From: Halobacteriovorax sp. | GTDB taxonomy: Bacteria; Bdellovibrionota; Bacteriovoracia; Bacteriovoracales; Bacteriovoracaceae | Length of the DNA stretch: 64,000 nucleotides | Assembly (NCBI GenBank): GCA_020048985.1 | Contig: JAIFLR010000067.1 | Location: forward strand, 2,875 to 66,874 | Direction of reading: 5' to 3' | Part shown: positions 8,800 through 18,024 of the stretch, piece after piece | Numbering within the stretch: position 1 is the stretch's first letter | Layout: the number at the start of each line of letters is the position of its first letter | Notes under the pieces: generated by a model | The model's database searches: none | What the model was told of the DNA's origin: nothing | What the model saw: the letters and a program-made list of their open reading frames with translations, nothing else | Position numbers and translations under genes: made by a program

Positions 8800-10227
8800 G
8801 TGGTCGTTAAAAGGTTTCGTTTAATTAGTAGTCTTTTTATTTCTACTCTCAGCATCAATTCTGCTTTTGCCCTACCTATCGACTGGACCGGGGTGTTTGG
8901 TGTGGACACTCATATGTTGAGCAATACTTGTCGCACGAGTGATGATGTCGTTAAGGTCTCTACTAATAGAAATGGTACTCAGGGTATTACAGGTGACTGC
9001 GACGCCAATTTTCAAACCTATATTATGAAACTTAATCCCCAGATCATCGTCAATGATGGTGTAACTCTTAAAGGGGAACTTTCAACTGGCCATATCCGTG
9101 GTGGTATTGCCGGCGACAATTCGGCCAATAACCAAGACGAATCCGGAAATAACGCCTATTTCTTTACTACTCCGGCCCAAAACAGCGCCTTGAACGTCAA
9201 TCAGATGTACATGGAACTTTATGCTGATACTGCCTTAGTTAAAATTGGTCGCATGAGCAAACAGTATGGTCTTGGTATTGTTTATGACGCCGGTAATGAT
9301 CCTTGGGATCGTTTCTTTTCAATGTATGATGGGATTGAAGCAGAAATGAAGATTGCTAATTTCAGCCTAGTTCCTTATTACGCTAAGATTTCAAGTTTAA
9401 ATAATGACAACTCTAAAGCTGAACCATCTGGAAGTTATGATGTGCGTGAACTTGGTGTGACAGCAAAATATGATAACAAAAATAGGGACCTGGTGGTCAG
9501 TGTTCTTTACGCCAAGAGATCATCAGAAAGTAAAAACAACCTTTATAATTCAGACACAGAGGACAGTACTGCGACATCTCTTCGTGGCAAAACTTCCGTA
9601 ACAGTCATTGAGCCTTTCATTTCGAAAAAGTGGAATAAACTAAAAGTTGCTCTTGAAGCCTCGATCCAGTCGGGTGAATATGGTGATGTTTACAAAGATA
9701 ATACTGGCTCATCTAAGCTTTCAGCGAATGCCTATATCCTTGATGCGAAGTACGAACTTAATCCTAAATGGGATGTCGGATTTACTGGTGGCCAAGTCAG
9801 TGGAGATAAAGGTGATACTGGTAAATTTGAAGCGACTTATCTTCATCCGAACTACCAGATTGCTGACCTGATGTTTAAATACAACTATGCAGCCTTTACT
9901 GAGGGCGGAAGAAGTGTTTTTGATTCTTCTATCACAAATACTCGATTCTATAAATTTCACGGGCATTACAAATCTGATAAATGGACGTGGAAAGGTGCTT
10001 TAATTATGGCAACAGCGCTGGAAACAGCTGAAGCTGGAAAACGTTCTTATCACCACGAAGAAAGTTATTCATTCCAAAGTACCGAAGACCAGGACAACGA
10101 TCTAGGATTTGAGCTTGATTTTGGATTCGACTATAAGTGGAATCCAAATGTAACGATCAGTGCCTACTATGGTTATTGGAAAGTGGGAGACTACTATTCC
10201 TTCACTAACACCAGCGAAGAATTCTAA
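8800..10227 (+). CDS. outer-membrane beta-barrel (porin-like) protein, family unknown
   Basis: GTG start with GGGAG RBS, signal peptide ...SINSAFA, alternating beta-strand pattern, and C-terminal ...SEEF aromatic end. Followed by a strong terminator. Confidence 0.7.
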   Translation: MVVKRFRLISSLFISTLSINSAFALPIDWTGVFGVDTHMLSNTCRTSDDVVKVSTNRNGTQGITGDCDANFQTYIMKLNPQIIVNDGVTLKGELSTGHIRGGIAGDNSANNQDESGNNAYFFTTPAQNSALNVNQMYMELYADTALVKIGRMSKQYGLGIVYDAGNDPWDRFFSMYDGIEAEMKIANFSLVPYYAKISSLNNDNSKAEPSGSYDVRELGVTAKYDNKNRDLVVSVLYAKRSSESKNNLYNSDTEDSTATSLRGKTSVTVIEPFISKKWNKLKVALEASIQSGEYGDVYKDNTGSSKLSANAYILDAKYELNPKWDVGFTGGQVSGDKGDTGKFEATYLHPNYQIADLMFKYNYAAFTEGGRSVFDSSITNTRFYKFHGHYKSDKWTWKGALIMATALETAEAGKRSYHHEESYSFQSTEDQDNDLGFELDFGFDYKWNPNVTISAYYGYWKVGDYYSFTNTSEEF

Positions 10228-10236
10228 AACAGAAAA

Positions 10237-10261
10237 GCCCTCGCAAGAGGGCTTTTTTTTT
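10237..10261 (+). terminator. rho-independent terminator
   Basis: GCCCTC-GCAA-GAGGGC hairpin followed by a T9 run. Confidence 0.8.
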
Positions 10262-11855
10262 ACTTGAATCTAAAAACCCCTCGAGGACACTCACCAGGCA
10301 CGAGATTTTGAAACTCTTCCGTTCCTTTGAAAACTTTGACCTTATTTCTCCATTCAGCTCCCGCCTTACAAAAAACTTCGATATCAGAGCAACCTTGATT
10401 GGATGGTTCCTGGCCGAAACTTTCCTTCAAAACGGCTTCCGGTTTTGCCGTCATTGATGGGCAGGTCTGATAAGTTCGCTCCTGAATGAAGTCATCATTC
10501 AAAATGACTTCAAGTTCTGTAATCATAGATGTGTAGACGTAGTTAACAGAAGTCTTGGTTTCTTCAATTTTTACTGCTGATGGCTTTGGTGATGCTTTCT
10601 TTACAATCGAATCCATCACTTTATTTTTTTGTTTTTCAATTTCGACTTTGATCTTTTTATAATACTCCTCAGGGCTTTTTGCGACCAATGTTTTGGAGAA
10701 CTCTATAATTGGTGCCATCATGGAATAGAGTTCTTCTAGCGAGAAGTATCCCAGTTTATTAGACTCTGCCATGGCTTTAAGAAAATTGAACTTATCTTTG
10801 TCCCGGTACATTTCTAATCTTTCACTCAAGACCGCAGCAGGTAGAGTAGATTTGAGGCTCAAAAAATATTCATCTCGTTTATAGGCGGACTCCATTTCTG
10901 TCAGGGCGCCCAGACATGATGGATCCAACCGGCATAACTCTTTTTTCTCGTTATCCAGACATCCACCAAAACGTCCTTTTTTATTACAATGATAAATAAT
11001 TTCAAACTTATTTGGTGTAGCAGGATCAAGTCTAATGACACTCATCAGACTGCCAGCGTTTTTTAGCATAAGCATATCTGGAAAATTAACAGGCCTGTGG
11101 TACTCTGCCTTAGATTCACAATTAAATAGACCTAGTGACCAAGTTTCAAACTTAAAGTCGTACTGAGTGAGAGCATGTTCATCTTTAAGCTGCTGGAAAA
11201 TTATTTTTTGATCATTGATTAACAATTCATTTTTTTTAATCTTTGCCACTGATTCTTCTGGGTAGAAGAGTGATTTTTCAATTTTTGCTTTGGTGTCCAC
11301 TATTTCTTGGTCCAGGGACTGTTGCATATTTTTTTCGCGGATAATATAGTCGTGCATTTTTTCAAAATCTTCAGCGATGCTTTTCTCCATATCATTAAGA
11401 GTGAACAAAAGCGCCTTGGCTTGATTATACTTACCCGCTTTAACACTCTCGATGTAACGATTTAATCTTTTGGAATAAGCTTGATGGTACTCAAGCTCTT
11501 TGAGTTTTTTTTGATTTTTCTTATATGTTTCACGCTCATTAATAACTTCTTTTAATTCGGCCAACTCTTTTTTAATTCTTGAAGTCTCAACAAAGTAGTT
11601 AGCTAAAGAGACTTCTTTTTCACTTGTTCCCACCGCATTTAAAATCGATGAAAGAACATCAGTATCCTTTTTAAGCATTTTGGGAGTTGAATAAATTTCA
11701 AGTTCTTGCTTGAATTCCTTTATTTCGTTTTGTATTCGATCAGACTCGGAGATGAATTGATCAATGGCTTTAATTCTTTCTTCGAAAGTTAGAGTTTGAG
11801 CAATCGCGACAGAAACGAACATTAAATTCAAAAGTATAAAAATATTTTTAAACAT
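10260..11855 (-). CDS. secreted coiled-coil protein with Cys-rich C-terminal part, unknown function
   Basis: 531-aa ORF with signal peptide MFKNIFILLNLMFVSVAIAQ, a long K/E-rich heptad-like region, and multiple Cys in the last ~250 aa. Confidence 0.7.
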   Translation of the reverse strand: MFKNIFILLNLMFVSVAIAQTLTFEERIKAIDQFISESDRIQNEIKEFKQELEIYSTPKMLKKDTDVLSSILNAVGTSEKEVSLANYFVETSRIKKELAELKEVINERETYKKNQKKLKELEYHQAYSKRLNRYIESVKAGKYNQAKALLFTLNDMEKSIAEDFEKMHDYIIREKNMQQSLDQEIVDTKAKIEKSLFYPEESVAKIKKNELLINDQKIIFQQLKDEHALTQYDFKFETWSLGLFNCESKAEYHRPVNFPDMLMLKNAGSLMSVIRLDPATPNKFEIIYHCNKKGRFGGCLDNEKKELCRLDPSCLGALTEMESAYKRDEYFLSLKSTLPAAVLSERLEMYRDKDKFNFLKAMAESNKLGYFSLEELYSMMAPIIEFSKTLVAKSPEEYYKKIKVEIEKQKNKVMDSIVKKASPKPSAVKIEETKTSVNYVYTSMITELEVILNDDFIQERTYQTCPSMTAKPEAVLKESFGQEPSNQGCSDIEVFCKAGAEWRNKVKVFKGTEEFQNLVPGECPRGVFRFK

Positions 11856-11868
11856 TTTAGCTCGCTAT

Positions 11869-11892
11869 AAAAAAAGCCCTCAAAATGAGGGC
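11869..11892 (-). terminator. rho-independent terminator after the 707-aa gene
   Basis: GCCCTC(11876-81)/GAGGGC(11887-92) hairpin. The A-run 11869-75 is a U-run on the minus transcript. Confidence 0.7.
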
Positions 11893-11918
11893 TTTGGAAA
11901 TTTATTATTTGATACTAA

Positions 11919-14042
11919 TTAACGATTACCACCATACATATTATAGCCGCCATAGGCCTGGTATGGATTGTTCCAGTAACCTTGGCCTTGTTGACCTTGT
12001 TGATACTGTTGTCCTTGCTGCTGGTAAGGATTCGAGTACTGCTGCTGACCAAACATACCCTGTTGCTGATACGGGTTGTATTGTTGCTGCTGTTGTTGTT
12101 GCTGGCCATAGTATCCATACTGGCCGCCACCCATATTTCCACCAAAATTAGCACCTACATTGAACTGAGCGCCATAGTTTTGCTGACCCATAAAGTTTTG
12201 TTGCTGGTAAGGGTTGTATTGTTGTTGTTGCTGCTGCTGATAAGGATTGGTTTGTTGATTAAACATCCCTTGTTGCTGATAGGGATTTGTATAGGATTGC
12301 TGGCCATTATTGGCGTACTCCTGCTCATTTCTCTTAACAGGAACAGTGTTGTCCACCTGTGGAGTCGGCTCATTAACTTCTTCACCATTTTGTCTGGCGA
12401 CGTACTGCCGTCCTTCTTTTTCAAGTGCTGCATACTCAGTTGCTTTTTGATCAAACTCAACAGCTCTCTCGGCATCTACTTTATTAAAATGCTGTAACTG
12501 TGCCTGAAGCTCCTGAATTCTCTCCATTGAGTTCTGAATACAACGTTGAACATTTCTGAATGGGTTCTTATAACAATAGCCGCCCTGCTGAGTGCGAGCA
12601 TACTCTTCCTGGATTTCCTGACTAAAGTTTTGCGAACGCGTCTGAATATTTTGTCTCATTCTTGAAGCGAGCGCAGAATAATTCTGGGCCTGTCCAGTCG
12701 TCTGACCAGTACGTACTTCAAATTTTTCTTTCGTCGACTCTAGTTCAAGAGCATAAGCTTCTTTAAAGTTTTGCACCCGAGATTTTGCGACCTCAGGAGT
12801 AATGACAACGCCTGCATCTTTAGCTCCAAGCCTTGCGTGGGCAACAACCAGAGCGTAAATACTATGAGCTTGAGCTGCTTCAGTGAATCTTCCATCACTT
12901 TCAAGCTTTCTTACAAGAGCAGTAGAAATAAATGGCGCTTTATTGAAGGCGGAAACCTCAGCTAATACTTTTTTCATCTGCTCAATACGAACCGCCCTCT
13001 CTTCACCTTCTAAACCTTCGGCTTCAGTATAAAGAATGTTTGCGAGATCGATTTTAGGTTGAACAACATATCTTTCAAAGTCAGCGATCGTTTTTAGATC
13101 ATCTTCTGTATATTTTCCTTCAGTGATCGCTTTAGATGCTTTTTTTACGGCCTCAATGATTAGATTGTCTCTAATTGCGTTTAGATCTTCTGAATACCCT
13201 TGGTATTTTTCGATAAAATGAGCGATCTGCTCATAATCTCCGCAAGTACTGACTTTTTCTTTTTCAATTTGGATGCGTTCATTTTCTTCTTGGGCCAGGG
13301 ATTTAATCGTTAAACCCTCTGCAGAAATTTTCTCGTAATGATCACACTTGTCGATTTCAACAAAGTTTTTATCATACTTAGGTTTAACCAGTTTTGATGA
13401 AGGACCATGAGAAACGAACAACAATTCGCCACTTTCTTTATATCCATCAAACTTCTCACTCACAGCAGATGGATAGATAGCATCAGCAACGACCTTCCCC
13501 TCTTTCACAACCCCCGACTTCTCAAGGCAAGACTCAAACCCTTGCATCGTAGGAGCCATTTTAATTTTTTCAAAATCTTTAAATTGACCTTTTTCTACTT
13601 TAGCAACATCGTAACTACACAATCCATCTACGCAATCTTCTCCACTTTTAATTCTGGCTTCGATTGAATAGATTCTTTTTTCATCTACAACTCGGACATT
13701 TGGTACCCATTCAATCATAGAAGAACAGTTACCTATCATATCTCCCGACTTAACAGTTAACTTGCCATTTCTAGGGTCATGTTGAAGTTCGAGTTTTCCA
13801 TCTTTCTCTAAAATTAAAGCTGTAATATAGGCTAAAGGAAGAGAGGTCTGTACCTTTTCAGTACAAGCACCAGAAGATTTTGTTTTAACCACAGGTTCAA
13901 CTTTGACTTCAGTTGAGCTGGTCTGGGTTGAATTAGGCTTAGGAACAATCTCACTTTGATATTTTTCAAGAGTACCAAGTACGCTTTGAGCATAGCTAGG
14001 GATAGTGAGAACGGACAACATGACTACAGCAAACATTTTCAT
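11919..14042 (-). CDS. secreted protein with central coiled-coil and C-terminal Q/N/Y/G-rich prion-like low-complexity domain
   Basis: 707-aa ORF with signal peptide MKMFAVVMLSVLTIPSYAQ. The last 130 aa are Q/N/Y/G-rich with six NPYQ repeats. Confidence 0.8.
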   Translation of the reverse strand: MKMFAVVMLSVLTIPSYAQSVLGTLEKYQSEIVPKPNSTQTSSTEVKVEPVVKTKSSGACTEKVQTSLPLAYITALILEKDGKLELQHDPRNGKLTVKSGDMIGNCSSMIEWVPNVRVVDEKRIYSIEARIKSGEDCVDGLCSYDVAKVEKGQFKDFEKIKMAPTMQGFESCLEKSGVVKEGKVVADAIYPSAVSEKFDGYKESGELLFVSHGPSSKLVKPKYDKNFVEIDKCDHYEKISAEGLTIKSLAQEENERIQIEKEKVSTCGDYEQIAHFIEKYQGYSEDLNAIRDNLIIEAVKKASKAITEGKYTEDDLKTIADFERYVVQPKIDLANILYTEAEGLEGEERAVRIEQMKKVLAEVSAFNKAPFISTALVRKLESDGRFTEAAQAHSIYALVVAHARLGAKDAGVVITPEVAKSRVQNFKEAYALELESTKEKFEVRTGQTTGQAQNYSALASRMRQNIQTRSQNFSQEIQEEYARTQQGGYCYKNPFRNVQRCIQNSMERIQELQAQLQHFNKVDAERAVEFDQKATEYAALEKEGRQYVARQNGEEVNEPTPQVDNTVPVKRNEQEYANNGQQSYTNPYQQQGMFNQQTNPYQQQQQQQYNPYQQQNFMGQQNYGAQFNVGANFGGNMGGGQYGYYGQQQQQQQQYNPYQQQGMFGQQQYSNPYQQQGQQYQQGQQGQGYWNNPYQAYGGYNMYGGNR
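11922..12311 (-). repeat. CAA/CAG-rich coding low-complexity repeat (poly-Q/N tail of the 707-aa protein)
   Basis: Runs of ttgttgctgctg on the plus strand. They translate as Q7-8 runs and NPYQQQ repeats on the minus strand. Confidence 0.9.
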
Positions 14043-14105
14043 AAACGCCTCAAAGTTGAGTTAACCCAATTCCTATTCGGGTATCAACACTGAGAACTTA
14101 AGCAT

Positions 14106-16106
14106 TTAGAGCATATTGTAGGGATCGACATCGATTTTGTAGCTAACTGAACTTAGGGACTTGTAATTCATTTCGAATGTTTTCAAAAGGTTATGAAGTT
14201 GAGTCAGGTCTTTTGACTTAAGAAGAATTGACCAACTAAATTGGTTTGATTTCTTTTCAATGTGGGCCGGGCGAGGTCCTAATATCGTGACCTCGGGAAA
14301 ATTGGTCGCAATCAATGAACGGAGCATAGGCCCCACTTGTTCGCTTACATGTGGAATCAGTCTTTCCTGAAAACGAGATGAAAAATGAATCATCGCCAAA
14401 CGTTTATAAGGTGGGCATTCACAAAGTTCACGAATTTTGAGTTCCTCTTTATAAAATTGATCAAAATCGTGATTTTTTATAATCTCAAAAAGTTTATTTT
14501 CTGGATTCAGCGTTTGAATCATGACTCGGCCATCTTGAGAGTAGCGACCAGCGCGACCAGAAACTTGAGTGAGTGTCTGATAAACCCTTTCGGATGATCT
14601 AAAATCGGGAAAATTAAGCTGACTGTCAATTCCAAGGATCAAAACTAGTTTCACTTTTTCAAAGTTATGACCTTTTGAAAGCATCTGAGTTCCCACCATG
14701 AGATCAACTTTACCTTGGTGAAAATCATCTAACCTTGTCTCTAGTTGCTTGAAGGTTTTTATTTCTTCCCGGTCAAAGCGTTCAATAACTTTTTGGGGAA
14801 ATTGTTTCACCAGAACGTCTTGAATTTTTTCTGTACCAAAGCCTTTATGGGAAAGTGTCAGGCAAGAACATTTAGGGCATTGATTTGGTAGAGGCTCTTT
14901 GTATTCACAGTGATTGCAGGCCAGAATACTTTTGCGGCGATAATATCTCAAAGTCACAGAACAATTAGGACAGTTAAATTGGTGGCCACATGCACGACAC
15001 TGCATATAATTTGCAAACCCCAGTCTATTTACAAAAACCAGAACTTGCTCATTTCTTGCGAGTGCTTCACCAATGGCGGCCATTGATTTAGGTGTCAGAG
15101 GCCAGATATCGAGTTCTTTATCCACTTTTTCTCGAGCATCAATTAATTCGACTGATGGTAAAAATGCATTCCCTGCTCTTTCCCTTAATTCAAAAAGGTT
15201 GGCCTTACCGGCATCACTATGAAAAGCGGAGTAGCTTTCAATTGAAGGTGTAGCAGATCCCATCACCAGTGGGATCTTGAGTAGCTGGGCTTTTTTCGTC
15301 GCCACGTCCCGTGCATTATAAGGACATCGGTCATCTTGCTTAAAAGAAGTGTCATGTTCTTCATCGATGACAATAAGACCTAGGTTTTTAAGTGGGATAA
15401 AAACCGAACTTCGAACTCCCAAAATGAGAGTTGGTTCGCTGTTGGTTCGTGCGGTTTGCCATATCTGATATTTTTGAGAATCCGAAAGCTCTGAGTGATA
15501 TGAAAGTATCGATGCTTTTAAGTACCTGGAAAAAGTTGAAGTAAACTGGGGAGTAAGGTTAATTTCTGGTAAGAGAAATAGAACACTTTTGCCACCCTCT
15601 AAGGTCTTTTTGATCAGATCTAGATAGACCGCAGTCTTTCCACTTCCAGTCACTCCATGAACTAAGTACCTGTTAAATCCCGTTAACCCTTTTCTAATTT
15701 CTTCCGTTATATAATTTTGTTTGGTGTTGGGAATAAACTCCAGGTCTTTTCCTTCACCCTGAGTTTTTTCAAGTGCTCGAGGCCTTTTAAGTGAGTTGGG
15801 CAAACAATCAAAAATCACTTGTCCGAGACTATAGTGATAGTAGCTTGCCATCCATTCAAAAAGTTGCAATTCATTTTCATCAAGAGTTGAGTCAGGAATC
15901 AATTGGAGAATCGTTTTAATTTTGTCTTGTGGAGTATTTTTATATTCCTGGGAATGAGATTCATCGACTGATATGACACAGCCTAGAGCTTTCCTCTTGC
16001 CCAGTGGAACCTCTACAACCTGACCCCGATGAAGCTCGCCCTCATAGTGATAGAGAAGGCCGGCATTTTTAAGCGGATAATTGACGGCGACTCTGGCTAC
16101 TTTCAT
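14106..16106 (-). CDS. priA: primosomal protein N' (replication restart helicase PriA)
   Basis: GVTGSGKTAVYL Walker A, DEEHD box, and Cys4-Cys4 zinc cluster (CRACGHQFNCPNC...CNHCEY...CPKC). Confidence 0.9.
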   Translation of the reverse strand: MKVARVAVNYPLKNAGLLYHYEGELHRGQVVEVPLGKRKALGCVISVDESHSQEYKNTPQDKIKTILQLIPDSTLDENELQLFEWMASYYHYSLGQVIFDCLPNSLKRPRALEKTQGEGKDLEFIPNTKQNYITEEIRKGLTGFNRYLVHGVTGSGKTAVYLDLIKKTLEGGKSVLFLLPEINLTPQFTSTFSRYLKASILSYHSELSDSQKYQIWQTARTNSEPTLILGVRSSVFIPLKNLGLIVIDEEHDTSFKQDDRCPYNARDVATKKAQLLKIPLVMGSATPSIESYSAFHSDAGKANLFELRERAGNAFLPSVELIDAREKVDKELDIWPLTPKSMAAIGEALARNEQVLVFVNRLGFANYMQCRACGHQFNCPNCSVTLRYYRRKSILACNHCEYKEPLPNQCPKCSCLTLSHKGFGTEKIQDVLVKQFPQKVIERFDREEIKTFKQLETRLDDFHQGKVDLMVGTQMLSKGHNFEKVKLVLILGIDSQLNFPDFRSSERVYQTLTQVSGRAGRYSQDGRVMIQTLNPENKLFEIIKNHDFDQFYKEELKIRELCECPPYKRLAMIHFSSRFQERLIPHVSEQVGPMLRSLIATNFPEVTILGPRPAHIEKKSNQFSWSILLKSKDLTQLHNLLKTFEMNYKSLSSVSYKIDVDPYNML

Positions 16107-17101
16107 TAAAGAACAAATGACGGCTTAGGTTCAACAGATTCTTTCCCTTTAAGTAAGCCGTCCCATTTTTTGAGCCGGTTTATTAGCTCAGACTCTTTTT
16201 CGATATAGTGGCGAAGGTTCAGGATTTCAACTTGAAAAATCTCACCCTTATAGTCTTTTATAACTATGTACCTAGGTAGTGCATGAGTACCATTGGCGAG
16301 CCAATGCTCTTTACAAGAAATTTCATAATCACCGAGTTGAGACTTATATTTAATTCTTTGAATCTCACGGTCCTTATAGGAAACAACGGCTTCAAATGAT
16401 CCAGCACTTATGAGCCATGCCATCTCTCCATTTTCTCTGGATAGCTTCACCTGATGTTGATCAACATACAAAGGTTCATTCATCACAGCATCAACTTTTT
16501 CTCTGGCAATTGGGTCTTCAGGCTTAAGTGGATTAATCTCGGTTTTTTTCGAACTGCGGTCTTTGTTGATTGCAATCAAATACTGCTTATAACTCGCCAG
16601 GCTCGTTACTTTTTGCCGATTGATGATCTCGCTATTCAATTTTACAGGAACCGGTAATGATTTTAAATAATTAATTAAAAATGCCCCCTCATTAAAAATC
16701 ATAGAAATGAGCATTCCTTGGAATATGCCTTTTTCAGTTTCTTCGACAGAACTCTTATTTGTAAAGGACGTGAAATTGGGGAAATAGATTTTTTCCAATA
16801 ATGATGATTCACTAAAAGTTGAATTTGAGTATCGGGTTTGAGCAACCTTAAAGACATCTTTGTTTATTCGAGTGAAAAACATTTTATAGAAATCTTCGCT
16901 CTTTGATTCATTCAGCAAAGAGGTCTCACCCTTGGTAGCTTTTTTGGTACTTAAGTCGATTTTTTTTACAACAAACGTCAGGTTGACTCCGTTGGCAGTA
17001 ACATCCGGGTTTGAACCATGCCGAAACAATGACTCAACTGTTGGCACGTAAGCATAAGCACTAGTGATCATTAACAACAAAAAAACCAAGGACTTCATCA
17101 T
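16106..17101 (-). CDS. secreted hypothetical protein
   Basis: 331-aa ORF with signal peptide MMKSLVFLLLMITSAYA. It has an ATGA overlap with the galU stop and a TAATG overlap with the priA start. Confidence 0.7.
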   Translation of the reverse strand: MMKSLVFLLLMITSAYAYVPTVESLFRHGSNPDVTANGVNLTFVVKKIDLSTKKATKGETSLLNESKSEDFYKMFFTRINKDVFKVAQTRYSNSTFSESSLLEKIYFPNFTSFTNKSSVEETEKGIFQGMLISMIFNEGAFLINYLKSLPVPVKLNSEIINRQKVTSLASYKQYLIAINKDRSSKKTEINPLKPEDPIAREKVDAVMNEPLYVDQHQVKLSRENGEMAWLISAGSFEAVVSYKDREIQRIKYKSQLGDYEISCKEHWLANGTHALPRYIVIKDYKGEIFQVEILNLRHYIEKESELINRLKKWDGLLKGKESVEPKPSFVL

Positions 17102-17982
17102 AACGTTATTCCATATTTATTCATTCGGTATTTCAGCGATTCAATGAATTTTTCTTTTATCGCAGGATCTTTTAATGCGAAATCGATAGTGGCATCAAGA
17201 TAGCCGTGAATATTCCCGGTATCAAATCTTTCGCCTTCAAACTTGTAGGCAAAAACATTTTTTTTCTGACATAGAATATTTATCGCATCAGTTAATTGAT
17301 ACTCGTTTCCTGCTCCACGTGGGATTTTTTCTAAGATTCCAAAAATCTCGGGAGTTAAGATATATCTGCCCGGAGTTGCCAGATTAGTTGGGGCATCTTC
17401 AGGTTTAGGCTTTTCTACCATCCCCGTCATTCTCAAGGTTCGCTCATTAATGACTTCGCCTTTAACAATCCCATATTTTGCAGTTTCTGCTTTTGGCACT
17501 TCCATCACTCCAATGACGTTTGCCCCATCATTTTGAACAGAAACTTCCATCAATTGCTGGATCGCCGGTTTAGGATTTATGACGATATCGTCTCCAAGCA
17601 ACACTGCAAATGGTTCACCCTCAACCATATTTTTCGCCATCAAAACTGCGTGACCTAATCCCAACTGCTCTTTCTGTCTTACCGCCGTAATTTCAACCAT
17701 TGAGCCTATTTTTCTTACCAGTTCGAGTTCCTTAATTTTATTATTTCTTTCAAGATACGCTTCAAGTTCTAAATTTCTGTCAAAATAATCTTCTACTGAG
17801 AATTTCCCGGAAGAAGTTACAAAAATAATTTGCTCTATTCCTGCTTCAACAGCTTCCTGGACAATATAATGAATCATCGGAACATTGATGATCGGAATAA
17901 TTTCTTTGGCTATCTCCTTCGTTGCTGGGAGAAAGCGCGTACCTTTACCGGCAATTGGAATGATGGCTTTTTTGATTTTCAT
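17098..17982 (-). CDS. galU: UTP--glucose-1-phosphate uridylyltransferase
   Basis: KAIIPIAGKGTRFLPATKEIAKE and LGLGHAV motifs. Confidence 0.9.
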   Translation of the reverse strand: MKIKKAIIPIAGKGTRFLPATKEIAKEIIPIINVPMIHYIVQEAVEAGIEQIIFVTSSGKFSVEDYFDRNLELEAYLERNNKIKELELVRKIGSMVEITAVRQKEQLGLGHAVLMAKNMVEGEPFAVLLGDDIVINPKPAIQQLMEVSVQNDGANVIGVMEVPKAETAKYGIVKGEVINERTLRMTGMVEKPKPEDAPTNLATPGRYILTPEIFGILEKIPRGAGNEYQLTDAINILCQKKNVFAYKFEGERFDTGNIHGYLDATIDFALKDPAIKEKFIESLKYRMNKYGITL

Positions 17983-18024
17983 AAAACCCTTGTTTTAAAG
18001 ACTTTTTTTCTCTACATTTTTTGT

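Noticed and set aside
11982-12497. Leucine-rich 171-aa plus-strand ORF, and the out-of-frame minus-strand ORFs 11915..12154 and 12155..12475
   Set aside because: These are artefacts of the CAA/CAG (TTG/CTG antisense) repeat encoding the poly-Q tail. They have no independent start context.
17311-17326. parS-like TGCTCCACGTGGGATT inside galU
   Set aside because: It matches parS at only 12/16 positions and the right arm is degenerate. It is about 38 kb from oriC and is probably not a functional parS, though ParB ChIP could test this.
17830-18024. 5' extension of the OMP ORF (track start 17830)
   Set aside because: It would overlap galU on the opposite strand by about 150 nt. The internal ATG at 18025 gives a clean signal peptide.
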